DNA from: a virus
Lineage: Duplodnaviria > Heunggongvirae > Uroviricota > Caudoviricetes
Strand: one strand, 5' to 3'
DNA: 64,000 nt
Virus record (IMG/VR): IMGVR_UViG_2799113165_000002
Location: 1 to 64,000 of that record
Below are positions 18,359-27,352 of the stretch, one piece after another (within the stretch, counting starts at the first letter, position 1; every line of letters begins with the position of its first letter). The position numbers and the translations under genes were made by a program. Under the pieces are notes generated by a model. It was not told the DNA's origin. It saw nothing but the letters and a program-made list of their open reading frames with translations, and did no database searches.

Positions 18359-19323
18359 CCGCCACCGGCCCCAACAACCACCACTGGCTCCGCAAGTGGT
18401 TGCGCCTGGAACCGCACCAACCAATCGGTGCAGATGGTGAACCGCCATATCTGTTGCGCTGGTATGTGATTCCACGCAACAGGTGGCTTAACATCTACCT
18501 CCACAAGTTCCTGCGCGACGACGATGACCGCGCCCTGCATGACCACCCCTGGTGGTTCTTCTCCCTGATGCTGTGGGGGCAGTACGTCGAGGTCACCGAG
18601 CGGGGCCGGTCCGTCCGGTCGGCCCCAGAGCCGTGGCGCCTGTTCTGGGGCGACCGGCCGCTGGCATTCCGGCGCGGCACATGGCGGCACCGCGTCGAGC
18701 TGGTACCGGCCGCGACGCACTCAAACCAGTTCCTCGCGCGCCGCGATCAGCGCAAGCTCCCGTGCTGGACACTCATCGTGACGGGGCGGCGGGTACGCCT
18801 TTGGGGGTTCTGGTGCAAGGACCGCGCGGATGAAACCAACGTCGACAACGCCATAGACCGCATGCGCGTGCGCCGCGGTGAGGTGTTCGAAGTAGACCGG
18901 TTTATCCCATGGGACGAGTTCGGGGCGGCTGGGTGCGGTGAGCCCACAACGGTGGACGAACAGCAGCGACCGAGCACGTCACCCACCCGCGTAATAGACG
19001 CAGCACACCTGGCGCGACAGCGTGCATTCAGCCTCGCAACCTTCGGTCCGGGTGCCCGAACCAACGGAGTCTTGGACCACATCGGCAAAGAGCTGGACGA
19101 GATACGAGATGCGCCGCAAGACATCTCTGAATGGGTCGACGTCATCATCCTCGCGTTCGACGGAGCATGGCGTGCCGGTTGGGAACCGCAACAGATCATC
19201 GACGCGATCCTTGCGAAGCAAGCCAAGAACGAGATGCGTGTGTGGCCTGACTGGCGGACCAGCGACCCGGACAAGGCCATCGAGCACATCCAATCAGATG
19301 TCCAGTCGGCGGCACAGGACTGA
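18355..19323 (+). CDS. two-domain protein: N-terminal unknown domain fused to a C-terminal MazG-like nucleotide pyrophosphohydrolase
   Basis: C-terminal EExxE...ExxD pattern in HIGKELDEIRD...EWVDVIILAFD, typical of phage MazG/dNTP pyrophosphohydrolase. N-terminal ~190 aa are Trp-rich and of unknown function. Confidence 0.55.
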   Translation: MTATGPNNHHWLRKWLRLEPHQPIGADGEPPYLLRWYVIPRNRWLNIYLHKFLRDDDDRALHDHPWWFFSLMLWGQYVEVTERGRSVRSAPEPWRLFWGDRPLAFRRGTWRHRVELVPAATHSNQFLARRDQRKLPCWTLIVTGRRVRLWGFWCKDRADETNVDNAIDRMRVRRGEVFEVDRFIPWDEFGAAGCGEPTTVDEQQRPSTSPTRVIDAAHLARQRAFSLATFGPGARTNGVLDHIGKELDEIRDAPQDISEWVDVIILAFDGAWRAGWEPQQIIDAILAKQAKNEMRVWPDWRTSDPDKAIEHIQSDVQSAAQD

Positions 19324-19796
19324 TGAAGATCATTGACACGCACCGCCAATGGGCCACCGTCTGCGTCGATTGCCCGGCCGACGGCAACAACCCTGACGAC
19401 GGCAAGACGTGGGAGTTCCCAGGCACAGACGACGGCAAGGAGCGTGCGGAAGCGTTTGCCGCACGCCATAAGTCGTTACAAGGCCACCGCACCCACGTCA
19501 ACGAGCAGTACACCGTGACGGCCGCCCGTTTCGACGACGGCCTCGGCTACCTCGCGGTAGGCGATGCCGGAGACACCGAGGCATCCATCGGCAAGAAGGT
19601 TCTGCTTCCAACGGTATTCACCGGCAGGCCCGCCGTGTACTTCTTGGCCGACTGCCAACAGTGCGACGGGAATGCGATCCCATTCGGCACCGAGGAAGAC
19701 CGCGACCTCTGGGCCGACGGCCACCACAAGGGCACCGGCCACGATGTCACGCCATCCGTCGAAGTACGACCGGACGAAGGGGACTGCGCACCGTGA
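19323..19796 (+). CDS. hypothetical protein
   Basis: ORF only. Confidence 0.45.
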   Translation: MKIIDTHRQWATVCVDCPADGNNPDDGKTWEFPGTDDGKERAEAFAARHKSLQGHRTHVNEQYTVTAARFDDGLGYLAVGDAGDTEASIGKKVLLPTVFTGRPAVYFLADCQQCDGNAIPFGTEEDRDLWADGHHKGTGHDVTPSVEVRPDEGDCAP

Positions 19797-19996
19797 GCAA
19801 GACAGTCGATATCCGTACTGGCACCTACACCACCAGCGGCGGCATCACCTTCAACGTCAGCGACACGGACCTCGGCGACTGCGGGGTTACCGACTGCAAC
19901 GAGCCCGCGATGGTCGATATGGACCTCGACGGCGCAGGCGGTAAACGATGCCCCACGCACTACCAACCATGGGCTGAAAACCCAACGGAGACATGA
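19793..19996 (+). CDS. hypothetical protein
   Basis: GTGA-overlapped ORF. Confidence 0.4.
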   Translation: MSKTVDIRTGTYTTSGGITFNVSDTDLGDCGVTDCNEPAMVDMDLDGAGGKRCPTHYQPWAENPTET

Positions 19997-20592
19997 CTAT
20001 GACACCAGAGAAGATGCTGGAAGTAGCGACACGCAATCACCGTATGACCATCCTGCGAGAAGAAGGCTTGTACCGACACATTAGGTTCGCCGAACCTGGT
20101 ACCGGCATATGGCGTTTCGACCTTGTGACATGGCCCGGTCACCTGGTGATCACCGGGGACCTGGAGGACTATCACTTCTCGCGACTGCCCGACATGTTCG
20201 AATTCTTTCGCCATCCCGTCGGATACATCAATCCGTCCTACTGGGCGGAGAAACTCTGTGGGCCAACCCGGTCCATGTCCTTCTCGGCGGAGTTGTTCAA
20301 ACAGCTGGTGTATCAGTACTTCCGCGAGTGGTGCCAACAGAACGGCGGACCACACCGGCCGTTGTGGTGCGCGATATGCGAAGAGGTGATGCGCGACGAG
20401 TACGGCTATGACGACGTGGTTGACGAGAGCATGGCGCACCACGCGTTAACACGTTTCCGGCACGGCGATTTCGAATTTGTCGACAGCTGGGAGTGGGAAC
20501 TAAAAGACTACGACTACCACTTCCTGATAGCGCTGCACGCCATTGTGTGGGGCATCAACATGTATGACGCCGCGAAGGCTGCGGTGGCGTAA
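19993..20592 (+). CDS. hypothetical protein
   Basis: 199-aa ORF. Confidence 0.5.
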   Translation: MTMTPEKMLEVATRNHRMTILREEGLYRHIRFAEPGTGIWRFDLVTWPGHLVITGDLEDYHFSRLPDMFEFFRHPVGYINPSYWAEKLCGPTRSMSFSAELFKQLVYQYFREWCQQNGGPHRPLWCAICEEVMRDEYGYDDVVDESMAHHALTRFRHGDFEFVDSWEWELKDYDYHFLIALHAIVWGINMYDAAKAAVA

Positions 20593-21641
20593 TGGGTGAT
20601 AAGACGGGCATCGAATGGACTGATGCCACCTGGAATCCAATATCAGGGTGCGACAAGGTATCTCCGGGATGCGATAACTGCTACGCGGAAGCGCTCTCTG
20701 AGCGATTCCGGGGCAAAGCCGGGCACTATTACGAGCGGGGTTTCGATGTTCAGCTGCGCCCCAACATGCTTGAGCTACCGCTGTCCAAGAAGTGGGCGGA
20801 CCCTCGTCGCATCTTCGTAAATTCAATGTCAGACCTATACCACGACGCAGTCCCACACACCTACCTCGCCCAGGTGTACGCCGTCATGGCCTTGGCGCCC
20901 CAACACATATTCCAGGTGCTCACCAAGCGCCACGGCCGAATGCACTCCGTGCTGACGTCCAATGACCTCAGCCGAAAAGGCGCCGGTCTGAGCCTGGAAG
21001 CCATGGTGCGCAACGTTGTCGACAATTGGCGGGGTGCCCAGGAGCGCATGGACTGGCCCAAGGGCGATGACCTCGTTTGGCCCCTCCCCAACGTGCACCA
21101 GATCGTCAGCGTTGAGGACCAGAAACGGGCCGAGCTGCGTATCCCGGTGCTGCTCGAAACCCCAGCTGCGGTGCGTGGCATCAGCGCCGAGCCGCTGCTC
21201 GGCTCGGTCGAACTGTTATCGACTGGACTACTCGCCCGGGACGAGTACGGCCGCGGTATCGACTGGGTGATCGTCGGCGGCGAGTCCGGCCACGGTGCAC
21301 GGCCGATGCACCCGCACTGGGCCAAGTCCCTACGCGCACAGTGCTTGCAGGCCGAAGTCCCCTTCCTGTTCAAACAGTGGGGCGACTGGACGCCCCTGGC
21401 CCCGTTGAAAGACGGCAAGTTCGACTTCTCCAAGGGCATCGTGATGACCGACGACGGAAACACCTACAACCGTGGTGATCTCACGTGGCCCGACGGCCCA
21501 CGCGTCGGTGAGGCGATACGAGCCGACTACCCGCATCACAACCCGACCTCTATGTACCGGGTCGGCAAGAAGAAGGCGGGGCGGGAGCTGTACCACGACG
21601 GCCGAACCTTCGACGGATACCCCGAGGCGGTGACGGCATGA
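20592..21641 (+). CDS. phage Gp37/Gp68-family protein (DUF5131)
   Basis: Hallmark N-terminus IEWTDATWNPISGCDKVSPGCDNCYA. Confidence 0.7.
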   Translation: MGDKTGIEWTDATWNPISGCDKVSPGCDNCYAEALSERFRGKAGHYYERGFDVQLRPNMLELPLSKKWADPRRIFVNSMSDLYHDAVPHTYLAQVYAVMALAPQHIFQVLTKRHGRMHSVLTSNDLSRKGAGLSLEAMVRNVVDNWRGAQERMDWPKGDDLVWPLPNVHQIVSVEDQKRAELRIPVLLETPAAVRGISAEPLLGSVELLSTGLLARDEYGRGIDWVIVGGESGHGARPMHPHWAKSLRAQCLQAEVPFLFKQWGDWTPLAPLKDGKFDFSKGIVMTDDGNTYNRGDLTWPDGPRVGEAIRADYPHHNPTSMYRVGKKKAGRELYHDGRTFDGYPEAVTA

Positions 21642-22267
21642 CGACAGTCTGGTTCACATCCGACCTCCACATCGGCCACATGCTGGTGGCGCTGGACCGT
21701 GCGCAGCGCGCCGGTGTCATGGTCGCGCGGCTGATACCGCAGGAGGTTGCCGTCGCATGGAACGACGGCCTCCTCGCCCACAACTGGGACGCCGTCGTGC
21801 AGCCGCACGACCAGGTATGGGTACTGGGCGACCTCAGCGCCGGATCGTCTGAGGCGCAGCGGAACGCGCTGGCATGGATGGCGGAGAGGCCTGGCGAGAA
21901 GCACCTGGTGGCCGGTAACCACGACCGGGTGCACCCCATGTATCGGGACGCCCACAAGTGGCAGCGGCAGTACCTGGCGGTGTTCCAGTCGGTGCAGCCG
22001 TTCGCGCGCCGCCGCGTCGGCGGCCACACCGCGCTGCTGTCGCACCTGCCGTACCGCGGCGACCACACCACGGAGCAGCGGTACAACCAGTACCGGCTCC
22101 GCGACGAAGGCGAGTGGCTTCTACACGGGCACACCCATTCCCGCGCCAGCTTCCTCCCACATGTGCACCAGCGGCAGCTCCACGTGGGCGTCGACGCATG
22201 GCACATGGCGCCCGTGAACATCGACGTGCTGGCTGACGGCATAGAGCAGCTGGGAGCCGAGTGGTGA
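21638..22267 (+). CDS. metallophosphoesterase (calcineurin-like)
   Basis: Motifs SDLHIGH, GNHD and GHTH. Confidence 0.7.
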   Translation: MTTVWFTSDLHIGHMLVALDRAQRAGVMVARLIPQEVAVAWNDGLLAHNWDAVVQPHDQVWVLGDLSAGSSEAQRNALAWMAERPGEKHLVAGNHDRVHPMYRDAHKWQRQYLAVFQSVQPFARRRVGGHTALLSHLPYRGDHTTEQRYNQYRLRDEGEWLLHGHTHSRASFLPHVHQRQLHVGVDAWHMAPVNIDVLADGIEQLGAEW

Positions 22268-22617
22268 GCGGCGGCAGCTTCAACTACCTGTACGCGGACG
22301 ACCTAGACGAAGTCATGTGCCACATGTCCACCCTCAACGACATGGCCGACGCCCTCGACTCGTCCTTTCCGGGGACTCGCGCCGCACGGGACACCCGTGC
22401 ACTCATCGCCCGCATCAACGAGGCGTTCACCGCGTGGGAGTCCGACCAGATGAAGGCACTACGGGACGTCTGGCACGACGTCGAGTGGTGGACATCCATG
22501 GACTACAGCCGAGATAAGGCGCAGGCGGCCGTCGACAACTACCGCAGCAACCACAACGGGCTGCTCAGCTGGGCGCCCCTGTCCGGCAACGCAACCCATG
22601 ACAAGGAGACAGCGTGA
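22264..22617 (+). CDS. hypothetical protein
   Basis: ORF only. Confidence 0.45.
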   Translation: MSGGSFNYLYADDLDEVMCHMSTLNDMADALDSSFPGTRAARDTRALIARINEAFTAWESDQMKALRDVWHDVEWWTSMDYSRDKAQAAVDNYRSNHNGLLSWAPLSGNATHDKETA

Positions 22618-23030
22618 ACCTCAACGCGACACTGGACACTGGCGCACCGGTCCAGACCCCGCCGGAAGTTCCACCTGAATATCTGGACGGCCGTGTGACC
22701 GTAAGTGACACCGAGCTGGCCGCCATGATCGTTTGGCTACAGAAGGAGATACCCGACTTCCCAAAGAAGCTGGAGTACAACACCGCCAAACACTTAGTGG
22801 TCGGGTTGCTCCGCGCCCTGAACGTCAAGCGCCTGGGCTACGCCGAGGGCAGCGTAGCCGTACACACAGACGGTCGCCTGGCCCGTCGCTACTACTCGGC
22901 CGCCGAGAAGCGGTTGACCTGGTTAGTGATTCAACCTCCCAGTGACGCGCAACTGGAGGTAGACAGCGGCACGGAGCTGCCAGGTTTCAGCTGGACCGTC
23001 CACCCTGTGGAATGGGCCGTGACCCAGTGA
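22614..23030 (+). CDS. hypothetical protein
   Basis: ORF only. Confidence 0.45.
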   Translation: MNLNATLDTGAPVQTPPEVPPEYLDGRVTVSDTELAAMIVWLQKEIPDFPKKLEYNTAKHLVVGLLRALNVKRLGYAEGSVAVHTDGRLARRYYSAAEKRLTWLVIQPPSDAQLEVDSGTELPGFSWTVHPVEWAVTQ

Positions 23031-23761
23031 CCGCGTCCTACACATTCAACACCCGCCCTGTGCAACCGGGTCCGGTCGTCGACTTCTTCGACTACGCCGA
23101 CCTCAAGTGCATACCGGCAACCCCTAACCTGGAACGTGCCAGCCTCCAGAACGCCGTCCTGTTCGGCGGCCCCGCTGTCCGGCGGTGCTTGGAGCAGGCG
23201 CCCATTGTCGGTGATCACACACACGTGCACGTCGACACGAAGGTGTCGCTGCTTCTGCCCGGGTTCATCCCTGCGATACCCGGCTGGCACACCGACGGCG
23301 TACCGCGGCGTAACGCAGACAAGCCGGGCGAGGAGACCAGTCTTATGTCGGCCAGTGCGTCCAACACCGGCGCTCCGTCGCTGGCGGCACAAACGCTCCT
23401 GGAGGCGCGGGGCTACCGGCCCCGATTCCACACCGTCCACGTCGGCAACGACTGCCCCACGCGGTTCATGCGGCACCCGTACGTGGTCGGCCTGGAGCAC
23501 AGCGGGGACTCCGGCCTGTACCGCGAGTTGACACAGAAGGTGAACGCGGCAGCACCGCGCATGGGCAACGATGACTTCCTGGACGCTCCACTGGCGCAAT
23601 GGATGTCGTGGGACTGGTGGAACATCCACACCGCCACCCCGGCCGAGACCCGCGGCTGGCGCCTCCTGATACGCGTCACCGAGTCCGACCAGCCGCCCCT
23701 AGACACTGGCTTCATCCGATCCCAGACCCAGGTGTACGTGCCCACGGAGTTCGGCTGGTGA
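23027..23761 (+). CDS. hypothetical protein
   Basis: 244-aa ORF. Possible His-x-Asp metal site (GWHTDG), unverified. Confidence 0.45.
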   Translation: MTASYTFNTRPVQPGPVVDFFDYADLKCIPATPNLERASLQNAVLFGGPAVRRCLEQAPIVGDHTHVHVDTKVSLLLPGFIPAIPGWHTDGVPRRNADKPGEETSLMSASASNTGAPSLAAQTLLEARGYRPRFHTVHVGNDCPTRFMRHPYVVGLEHSGDSGLYRELTQKVNAAAPRMGNDDFLDAPLAQWMSWDWWNIHTATPAETRGWRLLIRVTESDQPPLDTGFIRSQTQVYVPTEFGW

Positions 23762-23763
23762 GC

Positions 23764-24141
23764 ATGCCCCAACGTATTCAGTTGCGGCGTAGTGCGGGCT
23801 GGCGGAAACCGGAAGGCGCGATCAGCGTTACCCGGCCCGGGCGATGGGGCAACCCGTTCAAGGTCGTGTGCGCCGGTACGGAGCCCGGCCTTTTCAGCCG
23901 CCGTCGCGAACGTGTCTGGACCGTCGCGGGGCCAGGAACATTCTTCCAGGGCACCGGGACACACGACTGGGCAGCCGCCTACGCAGTGCGCCTGTACCGC
24001 CGCTGGCTCCTCGGCTCCATGAAACGCGTGGAGGACCTGGTGCCACTTCTCCGAGGCCACGACCTTTGCTGCTGGTGCCCACTTGACGCCCCCTGCCACG
24101 CCGACGTCCTACTCGAGCTAGCCAACCAGAAGGAGACATAG
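23764..24141 (+). CDS. DUF4326-like protein
   Basis: RPGRWGNPF motif characteristic of DUF4326. Confidence 0.5.
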   Translation: MPQRIQLRRSAGWRKPEGAISVTRPGRWGNPFKVVCAGTEPGLFSRRRERVWTVAGPGTFFQGTGTHDWAAAYAVRLYRRWLLGSMKRVEDLVPLLRGHDLCCWCPLDAPCHADVLLELANQKET

Positions 24142-24143
24142 CT

Positions 24144-25094
24144 GTGCCGCGCGACCATGGTCGGATTCTGACAATCATCTGGCGGGACAAAGACTTTCAG
24201 CAGCGCTCGGTGGAGGCACAGCGCATGTACATGCTCCTGCTGTCGCAGCCGAACGTGAACAACGCCGGAGTCTTGCCGCTGCAACTGAGCAAGTGGGCGA
24301 AGGGCTGCGACCAGACCAGCGTCGCCGATGTACGCCGCGCTACAAGCGAACTCGCCGAGCACCTGTATGTGGCGTACGACGAGGACACCGAGGAGTTGCT
24401 GGTCCGCTCGTACATACGCAACGATGGCGTGCTCAAGCACAAATACCTGTTCGCGAATGCTCTGAAATGCGCCCAGGCCGTCGAATCCCCGAGCCTGCGT
24501 GCCGTGCTGGCGGCCGAGTTGCGGCGCACCCGTCGTGCCGATGCGGTGACGGTCGCCAACCAGATTGACCCTTCTGGCCCGGGTCCAGACGGCACCCCGA
24601 CAGACCCGAGGCCGGACGGTGACCCGACGCCCCCAGACAGTGACCTCGATGGCATCGAGATGCCATCCGAAACCGACCCCGATGGCATCGAAAACCCATC
24701 GCAATCCGATGTGCCATTGGAATGCCATTCCGATGGCATCGCGATCACTAGGGGGAAGGGGAAGGGGAAGGGGAAGGGGAAGGGGTCACCTTGGGTAGGT
24801 GGTTACGTTGGGGAGGCGCCCACCCGCTGCCCCAAGCACATCAACGACCCACATCCCCCAAACTGCCGTGACTGCATGACAGCCCGGCTGGCAGCGGAGG
24901 CAGCCGCCGAGGAGGCAGCCGAACGTCAGAAGTCGGACCGGGCAGCAGCCCTGGCCCGGCGGGAGGCGTGCACCCGCTGCCAGGGCGGCGGCTGGATCGA
25001 GGCCGACGACGGTTCCGGCGTCCTGCCCTGCACGTGCCGTAAACCCCTACAGCTCGTCCCACACCCCGCAGACGCGCGGAGGGCAGCCGGATGA
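24144..25094 (+). CDS. hypothetical protein with internal DNA and peptide repeats (possible replication/origin-associated protein)
   Basis: N-terminal winged-helix-like region. Central DGIE peptide repeats encoded by GATGGCATCG iterons. (GK)5 is encoded by (GGGGAA)6. C-terminal Cys cluster. Confidence 0.5.
   Translation: MPRDHGRILTIIWRDKDFQQRSVEAQRMYMLLLSQPNVNNAGVLPLQLSKWAKGCDQTSVADVRRATSELAEHLYVAYDEDTEELLVRSYIRNDGVLKHKYLFANALKCAQAVESPSLRAVLAAELRRTRRADAVTVANQIDPSGPGPDGTPTDPRPDGDPTPPDSDLDGIEMPSETDPDGIENPSQSDVPLECHSDGIAITRGKGKGKGKGKGSPWVGGYVGEAPTRCPKHINDPHPPNCRDCMTARLAAEAAAEEAAERQKSDRAAALARREACTRCQGGGWIEADDGSGVLPCTCRKPLQLVPHPADARRAAG
24640..24790. repeat. iteron-like repeats GATGGCATCG (x3 plus inverted copies), then tandem hexamer (GGGGAA)x6
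   Basis: Read directly: ctcGATGGCATCGAGATGCCATCc..., cccGATGGCATCGaaaac, tccGATGGCATCGcg; ggggaa repeated six times at ~24752-24787. Confidence 0.55.
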
Positions 25095-25297
25095 CCGCCA
25101 GCGAGACGTCACGGGCATTTCAGGCCAAGTACCCAGACCAATGCGAGGACTGCGACGAGCCCGTCAACGTCGGCGACTGGGTCCGGTACGTCGACGACGC
25201 CCTCATCCACACGGACTGCCCCAACGCCGCGCCGCCAGTGGCCATCACGGACGTTTGTGGCAAGTGCTGGACCGTGCACGCTGGGGGCTGCCTGTGA
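25091..25297 (+). CDS. small Cys-rich zinc-binding protein
   Basis: CEDCDE...CPN...CGKC. Confidence 0.45.
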   Translation: MTASETSRAFQAKYPDQCEDCDEPVNVGDWVRYVDDALIHTDCPNAAPPVAITDVCGKCWTVHAGGCL

Positions 25298-25689
25298 TGA
25301 CCGGAGACCGCCTCACCGAACAGCAGATCGCAGCCCTAGTAGACACCCAGCTGGTCGGACTGAACGACCAGTTTGTCGGCCGACGCCCGACCTGCCAGCA
25401 CCCACAACACACGTGCAGGCGGGCGGTCACCGCGGTCGTCTCGGTACACGTCCTGGACAACTGCGACGGCGAGGAGGCAGACGAATTCGGCAACGAGGTG
25501 TTCCTGTTGTGCACGAATTGCGCACGGGCGCTGTGGATAGCGGCCCAGTGGGAGGTACGCGACCGCACGGTCGCCGCTACCCGTGCTGGCGTCATACCCA
25601 TGTGCTCTACCTGCCAGGCGCCAGTGGCCAAGCCATCGCACATCGTCCGCGATTTACGCAAATACGAGGAGGTTTTCGATGCACCGTGA
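25297..25689 (+). CDS. hypothetical Cys-rich protein
   Basis: ORF only. Confidence 0.45.
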   Translation: MTGDRLTEQQIAALVDTQLVGLNDQFVGRRPTCQHPQHTCRRAVTAVVSVHVLDNCDGEEADEFGNEVFLLCTNCARALWIAAQWEVRDRTVAATRAGVIPMCSTCQAPVAKPSHIVRDLRKYEEVFDAP

Positions 25690-25996
25690 GTGGACCCCGG
25701 AGCAGCTAAAGCGTTGGCGCATACGCAAAGCGCAGGACGGCGAACAGACACCCTGGCAGCGCCGGGACTGGTCCGCACTGCCCGACGACGTCCTGACCGC
25801 GTCGCCGCAATGGTGCATATGGCGGCCCTGGGAGCAACACCCCATTGCCTGTGTCGACACCCAGCAAGACGCCATCCGGCACGTCATCCTCCAATTGCAG
25901 AGCGCGTACCTACGCGCGGCCGAACGGGAGGAACTGGAGCGACAGGGCATGGAGCTAGCGCGCATCAACAACCGATCGCGGGGGCTGGCGTCGTGA
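25679..25996 (+). CDS. hypothetical protein
   Basis: ORF only. Confidence 0.4.
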   Translation: MHREWTPEQLKRWRIRKAQDGEQTPWQRRDWSALPDDVLTASPQWCIWRPWEQHPIACVDTQQDAIRHVILQLQSAYLRAAEREELERQGMELARINNRSRGLAS

Positions 25997-26601
25997 GTGT
26001 GCTTCTTGAGGCCCTGGCGCTATTCCTCGCGGCTAGTGGCGGATTCACCGCGTACCTGTTCACACTTGGACCGCGCCGACGCGGCAACCAGATCCAGATC
26101 TCCGGCGACAATTCCGTCGCGATCCAGACTGGCGGGACCATCACGGTGCAGGCCAGCCACGGCAGCATCGCCGCCCACACCATCGTCGGCGACGTGACTA
26201 TCGGCGGCGGGCGTCGGGTCAGCGTCGAGCCGAACCCGTTAAGGCGCGCCCTGCTTGCCAGGTCTGGTGCCGGGCAGCCGCTGTTCATGGTCGGCGAGGT
26301 CGACTCTCCCGACGAGTTGCTCAGCATGGTCAACGCGGCCGACCACATCGGCAAGTGGTGGTGGGACCGCACGAGCAAGGTCGCATACCTCTGGCTCGGC
26401 CAGGGCTACAAAGTCCTAGGCGCACCCGAGACAGCCAAACCGACACGACCCGACACCTACCGCGTATCTGAGTTCGCTGCCCAGTGCGCCTGCCCCCGTT
26501 GCGGATTCGTCAACACCCACTACATCCAGCCATGCACACAGGACCCCGGCTCCGTTACCCGGGAGTGCACGGAGTGTGGACAGACTTGGAGGCAGCAGTG
26601 A
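25993..26601 (+). CDS. membrane-anchored protein
   Basis: N-terminal TM helix VLLEALALFLAASGGFTAYLF, plus a C-terminal Cys4 motif. Confidence 0.45.
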   Translation: MSVLLEALALFLAASGGFTAYLFTLGPRRRGNQIQISGDNSVAIQTGGTITVQASHGSIAAHTIVGDVTIGGGRRVSVEPNPLRRALLARSGAGQPLFMVGEVDSPDELLSMVNAADHIGKWWWDRTSKVAYLWLGQGYKVLGAPETAKPTRPDTYRVSEFAAQCACPRCGFVNTHYIQPCTQDPGSVTRECTECGQTWRQQ

Positions 26602-27050
26602 CCTATCAGAGCGTACGTCTGGACGATCCGACCACCCCAGTTGCGTTGCACCGCAACGGTAAGAAGTGGCCAATACCCTTCCGTCTGAACCTCGCACACG
26701 ACGACTTTGTCCGCGCCAGGCTGACCGACACCCTGCACCCCGGCGACATCCTGGACCTGCCCTTCAACGTCACCGGCACCATAGTGGAGATCGCCGTATG
26801 GCCGCCGAAAGCCCGCGACAACGACGGCCACTGGTTCGCACGCAAGACCCACCCATACCGAATCGCCCTGCAATTCCACGCCTTCGATACCTGCCCCCAA
26901 TGCGACACCCAGGCAGCACACCAGGTCGAGATACCCGAATACGAGACGTGGTGGGACAGTCCGCTAACCGCCGAGTTCCCGCACCGCAGGTACGTCCTCC
27001 GCACCTGCATCACATGCCGCAACTCATGGGAACAGGACGAGGCGCAATGA
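26598..27050 (+). CDS. hypothetical protein
   Basis: ORF only. Confidence 0.45.
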   Translation: MTYQSVRLDDPTTPVALHRNGKKWPIPFRLNLAHDDFVRARLTDTLHPGDILDLPFNVTGTIVEIAVWPPKARDNDGHWFARKTHPYRIALQFHAFDTCPQCDTQAAHQVEIPEYETWWDSPLTAEFPHRRYVLRTCITCRNSWEQDEAQ

Positions 27051-27352
27051 GCAGCGCAGGCGCTCCCGTCCTATGCGGCTGCGGCCACTACACCCCGGAC
27101 GTGGCCATGGTGATGCAGGGCTATGCCTGGACGTGCCCCGGATGCACGCGCCGCTGGGTCAAACATCAGGACCGCATCTGGTTTCTAGAGCCGGGCCAGG
27201 ATCTGCCCGTAACGGCCTGTCTCAGATGCGGTCAGCCGATAGACGACGACCAACGATGCATACCCGTCCTAACCGGGCCACCCGTGCCAAACGTCCTTGT
27301 ACCCAACCACGACTACATCCACCTCGACTGCCTGCTAGGAGTAACACTGTGA
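27047..27352 (+). CDS. zinc-ribbon protein
   Basis: CGCGH...CPGC...CLRCG. Confidence 0.45.
   Translation: MSSAGAPVLCGCGHYTPDVAMVMQGYAWTCPGCTRRWVKHQDRIWFLEPGQDLPVTACLRCGQPIDDDQRCIPVLTGPPVPNVLVPNHDYIHLDCLLGVTL

Noticed and set aside
24640-24790. CRISPR-like array (short direct repeats GATGGCATCG and GGGGAA)
   Set aside because: The repeats are 6-10 bp, far shorter than CRISPR repeats. There are no spacers of regular length, they lie inside an ORF, and there are no cas genes anywhere in the window.
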